DNA from: an uncultured virus (IMG/VR IMGVR_UViG_3300013497_000039)
Lineage: Duplodnaviria; Heunggongvirae; Uroviricota; Caudoviricetes
Direction: 5' to 3' (one strand)
Length of the DNA stretch: 20,000 bases
Virus record (IMG/VR): IMGVR_UViG_3300013497_000039
Location: 49,946 to 69,945 of that record
Of the stretch, positions 16,042 through 20,000 are shown piece by piece. Within the stretch, counting starts at the first letter, position 1. Each line of letters begins with the position of its first letter. The notes under the pieces were generated by a model. That model was not told where the DNA came from and did not search any database. It saw only the letters and a program-made list of their open reading frames with translations. The translations under genes and the position numbers were made by a program.

Positions 16042-17153
16042 CCTCTTCCCCCCTGTTCTTTTTTCACAATCCTCTGGCATTTATAGCAAAGTGGACGTCC
16101 AAAATTTTCGTAAGAATAATCCCAAACCTTTGGTGGTATTACTTCTCCGCACTTATCACAGCAGAAATCTCTACTTCTATCCTCTTCCGCCGCTTCCCTA
16201 GATCCTGCGTTTTGCTCGACATGTTTTACCGGCGGTTCAATATGAGATTCCGGATCAGGCGACACAGGCTCTGCAGGAATATCAACATCTTCATCATCCA
16301 CCATCTGCGGAATGGAAATAGTTTGCGTAACTGGCTGTACATTTCCAAATAGATTGCCTACCGACTGCATGCATTGTTGTAGCATCATCTGCTTTACGGC
16401 CGGATCGTTATAGTCTGGAGAAAAGGACATTCGGGCAACAGCAAATGGCTTCTTTAATTCTTCCAAGGTATATGTCCCCTTTACTCCGGTCAGATCCCGG
16501 ATTACACGGAGAATTGCACCTGTAGCAGCTTTCTGCGGAGCATTGGCCCTCAACTGAGCCATGGCATCCAATAAGCTCTGCTCAATATATTTTCCCCTGT
16601 CTTCCTCTGAGATTACAAAAATCTTTATGGGATATCCTTTTTCATTTTTCTGGCCGGTGTCCTTCCACTCTCCCGAATATCTTTCTGATGCTGCTTTGGC
16701 CGCCTTATAATCAACAATTCCATGAGCGGCTTTTTCCTCATAGGAAAGGCGGTATTTTCGTTCTTCCGTCAGCAAATCAATTACTTTAAAGTTATTGCTG
16801 GTTCTTACACTGCCGTCCGGCAATCTCAATGCACCGAATGCGCTTGCCTTCCAAGTGTTTTCATCCATCTTCACAACATCACCGGCACCCGGAGCGAACT
16901 GTATACCCGCTTCCGTAGCAAGTCTTTGCAAAAAAGGCTTAGTTAGAGAGAATAAATCTTCCCAACGGTTGTTCCCCAGGCTCTTTGAACCTACTTTAAA
17001 AACCTGAGCTGCCTGCTCGCTTGTATCCACATTCAAAAGGGATACACTTAATTTGAAATAGGGATTCACTTGCACAGATTCCACAAAAGGGATTGCAAGG
17101 TTGTAACTGTTTCTCTGTTTGAGAACCGTTTGAATTGTTAAAGAATTTTCCAT
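16038..17153 (-). CDS. Putative single-strand annealing protein/phage recombinase with C-terminal Zn ribbon
   Basis: SLTKPFLQRLATEAGIQF and QKAATGAILRVIR echo SSAP core motifs; acidic Pro-rich linker; tail CDKC...YS...FGRPLCYKCQ; lies upstream of the nuclease; GGAGG RBS. Confidence 0.55.
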   Translation of the reverse strand: MENSLTIQTVLKQRNSYNLAIPFVESVQVNPYFKLSVSLLNVDTSEQAAQVFKVGSKSLGNNRWEDLFSLTKPFLQRLATEAGIQFAPGAGDVVKMDENTWKASAFGALRLPDGSVRTSNNFKVIDLLTEERKYRLSYEEKAAHGIVDYKAAKAASERYSGEWKDTGQKNEKGYPIKIFVISEEDRGKYIEQSLLDAMAQLRANAPQKAATGAILRVIRDLTGVKGTYTLEELKKPFAVARMSFSPDYNDPAVKQMMLQQCMQSVGNLFGNVQPVTQTISIPQMVDDEDVDIPAEPVSPDPESHIEPPVKHVEQNAGSREAAEEDRSRDFCCDKCGEVIPPKVWDYSYENFGRPLCYKCQRIVKKEQGGRG

Positions 17154-17173
17154 AGATTACCTCCATATTTCTA

Positions 17174-17202
17174 TTGATTTTTTTGCAAATCAATGCTAGA
17201 AT
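17174..17202 (+). promoter_or_regulatory. Antisense sigmaA-type promoter with extended -10, overlapped by an 8-bp palindrome
   Basis: TTGATT (17174-17179), N17, TAGAAT (17197-17202), with TG at 17194-17195; ATTGATTT-N6-AAATCAAT at 17173-17194. Confidence 0.65.
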
Positions 17203-17207
17203 ATGGT

Positions 17208-17250
17208 AAGTCGATTTGGGTGCTTTGGCTATTAGCCGGGCACTCTTTTT
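17208..17250 (+). ncRNA. Putative antisense small RNA, about 42 nt
   Basis: Inferred from a promoter immediately followed by a terminator, with no ORF between them. Confidence 0.4.
17218..17250 (+). terminator. Intrinsic terminator on the + strand
   Basis: GGGTGCTTTGGCT-att-AGCCGGGCACTC then TTTTT; the stem needs G-U pairs that exist only in the + strand RNA. Confidence 0.65.
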
Positions 17251-17332
17251 CCATATTCAGCATAGTTTCTGTTAAAAACAAAGTTAAATTTGACAGGATA
17301 TTCATTATCACATCCTCATAAACAATCCCCCT

Positions 17333-17641
17333 TTAATCTCTAAGAAAAACCTCCAATAAACTAAATGTTATGTAGAACACCATTGCAATAAACAAATACT
17401 CCCCACCGTATGCCTTATATCCCCTTTCGATATAGGCATACTCTATCGCCCATATTGCACATGGAAAAGTAATTGCTGTACTTACCAAAATCTTAAAAAT
17501 CAGAAAAATCACTTTGTTGCAGCACCTTTTAACCTTAAAGCCTTTCCGCACTTCGGGCATATATAGCCCGTCTTTGGTATCTTTTGAATTACGCTTACGT
17601 TCCAATGCAAAAGACAAATGGTACATCTTGCTTTCACGCAT
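17333..17641 (-). CDS. Small membrane protein with two predicted TM helices (start ATG 17641)
   Basis: Hydrophobic segments VIFLIFKILVSTAITFPCAIWAI and LFIAMVFYITFSLL flank RGYKAYGGEY; start overlaps the upstream gene end. Confidence 0.7.
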   Translation of the reverse strand: MRESKMYHLSFALERKRNSKDTKDGLYMPEVRKGFKVKRCCNKVIFLIFKILVSTAITFPCAIWAIEYAYIERGYKAYGGEYLFIAMVFYITFSLLEVFLRD

Positions 17642-17789
17642 CCTCCACCCTCTCTTCCTTATCAATTCGGTTGAGTTCCAAGGCAATCGCCTTAATAAGC
17701 TCTGGTTCATCAATGCAGTGCCATGATATTGGTACTCTCGCATTTTCCAAAGCATTTAAAATTCGCTCTGCTTTCTCTCTGTTCTCCAT
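17634..17789 (-). CDS. Small hypothetical protein, 51 aa (not in the ORF track)
   Basis: GGTGGGGG RBS-like sequence, ATG 1 nt after the upstream TGA; MENREKAERILNALENARVPISWHCIDEPELIKAIALELNRIDKEERVEDA. Confidence 0.68.
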   Translation of the reverse strand: MENREKAERILNALENARVPISWHCIDEPELIKAIALELNRIDKEERVEDA

Positions 17790-17790
17790 T

Positions 17791-17961
17791 TCACACCCCC
17801 ACCTTGTCCAATTCCCAATTAAATGCTAACTGTTCAGACTTTCCCTCTTTGACATACAATTTCTGTAATCGTTTTGTCTCCTGTTCTTTCTCCTGTTCAC
17901 AATCGCAACGCTCACCAGGATCAAGATAAGCGCCGCATGTTTCACACCGATTAAAGTGCAT
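17791..17961 (-). CDS. Small Zn-binding protein, 56 aa (not in the ORF track)
   Basis: AGGAGG RBS; MHFNRCETCGAYLDPGERCDC... (CxxCG.xLDPGE.CDC); EQLAF near the C-terminus. Confidence 0.8.
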   Translation of the reverse strand: MHFNRCETCGAYLDPGERCDCEQEKEQETKRLQKLYVKEGKSEQLAFNWELDKVGV

Positions 17962-17973
17962 CCCAGCTACCTC

Positions 17974-18216
17974 CTATTCAATTCCGCATCGGGAGTCAAA
18001 ATACTTCTTTGGAATTCTTCCGCAGGGATATTCCTCAATAAGCTTTCCTCCCGAAATTAACTCCTCCCTTAAAGCACGTATTACTTTATAAGCTTTAGGA
18101 CGGGAAACACCTAGGATTTTCATAACATCACCTACCAGGTAGTAGTTCCTATCCTCATTATGTAATATCTTAAGAACGCCATTGCGATTATCCGGTAATG
18201 ATACAACTGCCTGCAC
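17974..18216 (-). CDS. Excisionase-like winged-helix protein
   Basis: YYLVGDVMKILGVSRPKAYKVIR...EL...GRIPKKYF resembles ICEBs1-type Xis; GTG start with AAGGAG RBS. Confidence 0.7.
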   Translation of the reverse strand: MQAVVSLPDNRNGVLKILHNEDRNYYLVGDVMKILGVSRPKAYKVIRALREELISGGKLIEEYPCGRIPKKYFDSRCGIE

Positions 18217-18233
18217 CTAAGTCACTCCTTCCC

Positions 18234-18713
18234 CTAATCTGTATTTTTTTCCACCCAGATCTTTAAACTCTGCGCTATGGCCACCACTTCATCCAAATTT
18301 TTAAGCACCTGCTCTAATTCGGGTTTTTCACTTTCTGTAAGAATTCCGTCCTCTGTGATATCTAAAAGGATTTCTTTCGTTTCTGCCATTTTGCGGAAGC
18401 TTGCCATAGCTTTCACTGTAATACGGTCCAGGTCTTCCAGCTCCAATTTAGGAGTATCACACCCTAATGGACACATCTCTCTGCAATAATGATTTCTTAG
18501 CTCCGGCGCATTATATAAATCTGCCATTCTTAAAATGTTATCCGGAGGTATGCATTTTGTGATTCCGAGTTCATAATCCTGCAACTGTCCTGCGGATATA
18601 TGTAACTGATCTGCAGCATATTCCTTTGAAAAGAACTTCTCATTGTATTCTGCCGCCTGTAATCTGGCCTGACAGAATGGATTATTTGCTGCTTTTGTTG
18701 GACGTCTTCCCAT
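18234..18713 (-). CDS. XRE-type HTH regulator in a CII-like position
   Basis: SKEYAADQLHISAGQLQDYELG...ILRMADLY HTH plus helical C-terminus (EDGILTESEK); immediately downstream of cro. Confidence 0.75.
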   Translation of the reverse strand: MGRRPTKAANNPFCQARLQAAEYNEKFFSKEYAADQLHISAGQLQDYELGITKCIPPDNILRMADLYNAPELRNHYCREMCPLGCDTPKLELEDLDRITVKAMASFRKMAETKEILLDITEDGILTESEKPELEQVLKNLDEVVAIAQSLKIWVEKNTD

Positions 18714-18734
18714 TTAATTTTTCACCTCCCAGTG

Positions 18735-18956
18735 CTAAACTGTATTTAAAGGTTCATTTTTTGAAACTTCGCTTGTAAAAAAAATGGTTTCAATAGGCTT
18801 ATTAAAATGTTTAGATATCAACCTTGCTTCATTTAATGAAAATTTAACACTACCATTTTCTTTTTTGCTATAGTTGACTGTCGAAACATGGATTATCTTA
18901 GCTAAATCCTCTTGTTTTAAGCCTAATGACTCTCGGAAGGCTTTTACTGAACTCAT
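18735..18956 (-). CDS. Cro-like XRE HTH repressor
   Basis: LKQEDLAKIIHVSTVNYSKKENGSVKFSLNEA...IETIFF; 73 aa; divergent from the repressor gene. Confidence 0.88.
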   Translation of the reverse strand: MSSVKAFRESLGLKQEDLAKIIHVSTVNYSKKENGSVKFSLNEARLISKHFNKPIETIFFTSEVSKNEPLNTV

Positions 18957-19088
18957 GACTCCTCCCCCTTTCTATATTTCATAATTTGAACCTTGTGTCT
19001 ACATATTACTTTCTTTTTTTGAACTTGTCAATAGGATTTATAAAAAAATATTCAATTATTGAAACTGTCTTGATTTTCATTTTTTGAA
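18753..19088. promoter_or_regulatory. Six operator-like palindromes TTCA-N5-TGAA
   Basis: Copies at 18753-18765, 18828-18840, 18978-18990, 19011-19023 (one mismatch), 19051-19063 and 19076-19088. Confidence 0.78.
19003..19031 (-). promoter_or_regulatory. Early lytic promoter driving the cro operon
   Basis: On the - strand, TTGACA (19031-19026), N17, TAATAT (19008-19003); an operator lies in the spacer. Confidence 0.8.
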
Positions 19089-19098
19089 ACTATATAAT
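19070..19098 (+). promoter_or_regulatory. Repressor (cI) promoter
   Basis: TTGATT (19070-19075), N17, TATAAT (19093-19098); an operator lies in the spacer; GAGGTGA RBS follows. Confidence 0.8.
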
Positions 19099-19121
19099 AT
19101 AAAAGGAAGCGAGGTGATCCA

Positions 19122-20000
19122 ATGACTTTTGGTATGAGGCTAAAAGAGTTACGGGCCGAAAGAGAAATCACACAATTACAGTTATCAGAGATTTTAGATA
19201 CTGCAAAGTCAAATATATCTAAATATGAGGCAGATACCATAGAACCCAATATATCTATGCTCATTAAGCTATCGCAGTATTTTAAGGTTTCGGTCGATTA
19301 TATGCTTGGCATATCAGATACTCGACAGACTATTTTCCCAAAGCATAATACTTTTATAAACGTAAACGCCGAAACCATTCGCTACTGGATAAATAAGACT
19401 GGCTACAGTGATGAAGATATTGCTGAGAAACTCGGAATATCTGTGAATTTACTAAACGATTACTGTTCCGGAGTAAGTATGCCATATGACATACTTTATG
19501 CATTGTCCGAAATTTGCAATGTTTCCACCGATTGCTTATTAGGTCTAAGAGAAAAGAGCCGTTCAAAACAAAACGGGATTCTTCCCTTTAAGTTTGATCA
19601 CGAGATTTCTCTACGATTAAAAGACCTCGCAAAAGAACGGAATGAGGATTTTTCATTCATAGCAGACATAATAGGTATAGAAGAAGAAGAAGTTTTCAAC
19701 TTTTTTGAATATGGATTTGTTCTACATATAGACATTTTTGTAAAAATCGTGGAGCATTTCTTAGTTTCTTCCGACTATCTGCTAAATAAAAGTAACAGTA
19801 TATTGACCGTACATCAGGAAGAAGAACGATTATTACAAGCTTTTAGATCGTTGAATGAGGATAGTAGAATAATAGCTTTATCAAAATTATTAGAACTGAA
19901 AAGGGAAGATGATTTAGTTGCAGCTAAAAATCGTTTCCTTGATGATTCGGGAAAATCCTTGCCTTCGAATGGTACCGAAGGCGGAACCATGATAGGTTAA
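19122..20000 (+). CDS. CI-like repressor with three tandem XRE HTH domains
   Basis: Three repeats ending VSVDYMLG, VSTDCLLG and VSSDYLLN; C-terminal EEERLLQAFRSLN helix; no S24 peptidase motifs visible; stop TAA at 19998-20000. Confidence 0.85.
   Translation: MTFGMRLKELRAEREITQLQLSEILDTAKSNISKYEADTIEPNISMLIKLSQYFKVSVDYMLGISDTRQTIFPKHNTFINVNAETIRYWINKTGYSDEDIAEKLGISVNLLNDYCSGVSMPYDILYALSEICNVSTDCLLGLREKSRSKQNGILPFKFDHEISLRLKDLAKERNEDFSFIADIIGIEEEEVFNFFEYGFVLHIDIFVKIVEHFLVSSDYLLNKSNSILTVHQEEERLLQAFRSLNEDSRIIALSKLLELKREDDLVAAKNRFLDDSGKSLPSNGTEGGTMIG

Larger units (their letters stand above)
1..20000. mobile_element. Temperate phage/prophage early region (genetic switch plus recombination/replication module); both ends lie outside the window
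   Basis: Divergent cI/cro arrangement, phage replisome organiser, G39P-like loader, YopX, DUF5131, PcfJ and RecU, with dense co-directional genes showing ATGA/GTGA overlaps. Confidence 0.95.

Noticed and set aside
17171..17305. Possible 44-aa - strand ORF MNILSNLTLF... in the intergenic gap
   Set aside because: Weak RBS and no motifs; it runs through the promoter/terminator cassette, which explains the sequence better. Not fully excluded as a leader peptide.
17333..17755. Long 140-aa version of the membrane protein ORF
   Set aside because: Its 5' part overlaps a better-supported 51-aa gene (17634..17789); ATG 17641 fits operon coupling
281..18489. Numerous + strand ORFs (e.g. 281..592, 7208..7675, 12979..13326, 15987..16352) and nested - strand alternative-frame ORFs
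   Set aside because: Shadow ORFs overlapping well-supported genes, with no recognisable motifs and S/F/L-rich antisense composition
19052..19264. Minus-strand 70-aa ORF across the switch and repressor start
   Set aside because: Antisense to the repressor HTH and crosses its promoter and operators; no supporting RBS
1..20000. tRNA/rRNA genes, integrase/att sites, IS elements, reverse transcriptase/DGR
   Set aside because: None recognisable; intergenic gaps are short and no such motifs were seen

Overview
Early (lysogeny switch, recombination, replication) region of a temperate phage/prophage. The low-GC sequence, strong GGAGG Shine-Dalgarno sites and sigmaA-type promoters suggest a Firmicutes host, probably Clostridia/Lachnospiraceae (inference). 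At the right end, a + strand repressor with three tandem XRE HTH domains faces a - strand cro-like gene across a switch containing two divergent promoters and TTCA-N5-TGAA operators. Everything to the left is one tightly coupled - strand operon of about 19 kb: cro, an XRE/CII-like regulator, an excisionase-like HTH, small proteins, a putative single-strand annealing protein, DUF3846, a 1304-aa single-chain SbcD-SbcC (Mre11-Rad50) fusion, a replication initiator with internal iteron-like repeats, a G39P-like loader, a truncated N6-methyltransferase-like domain joined in frame to a PcfK/AcrIIA9-like domain, DUF7666, PcfJ, a DUF5131 radical-SAM-like protein, RecU, a phage-encoded beta clamp (DnaN), an MmcB-like PD-(D/E)XK nuclease, YopX and Cys-rich hypotheticals. 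The most notable items are the SbcD-SbcC fusion with altered motifs, the MTase-PcfK fusion lacking catalytic motif IV, a hidden antisense promoter/operator/terminator mini-cassette (about 42-nt RNA) and a phage clamp alongside several clamp-binding-motif proteins. Family names come from motif recognition by eye; no database search was run.
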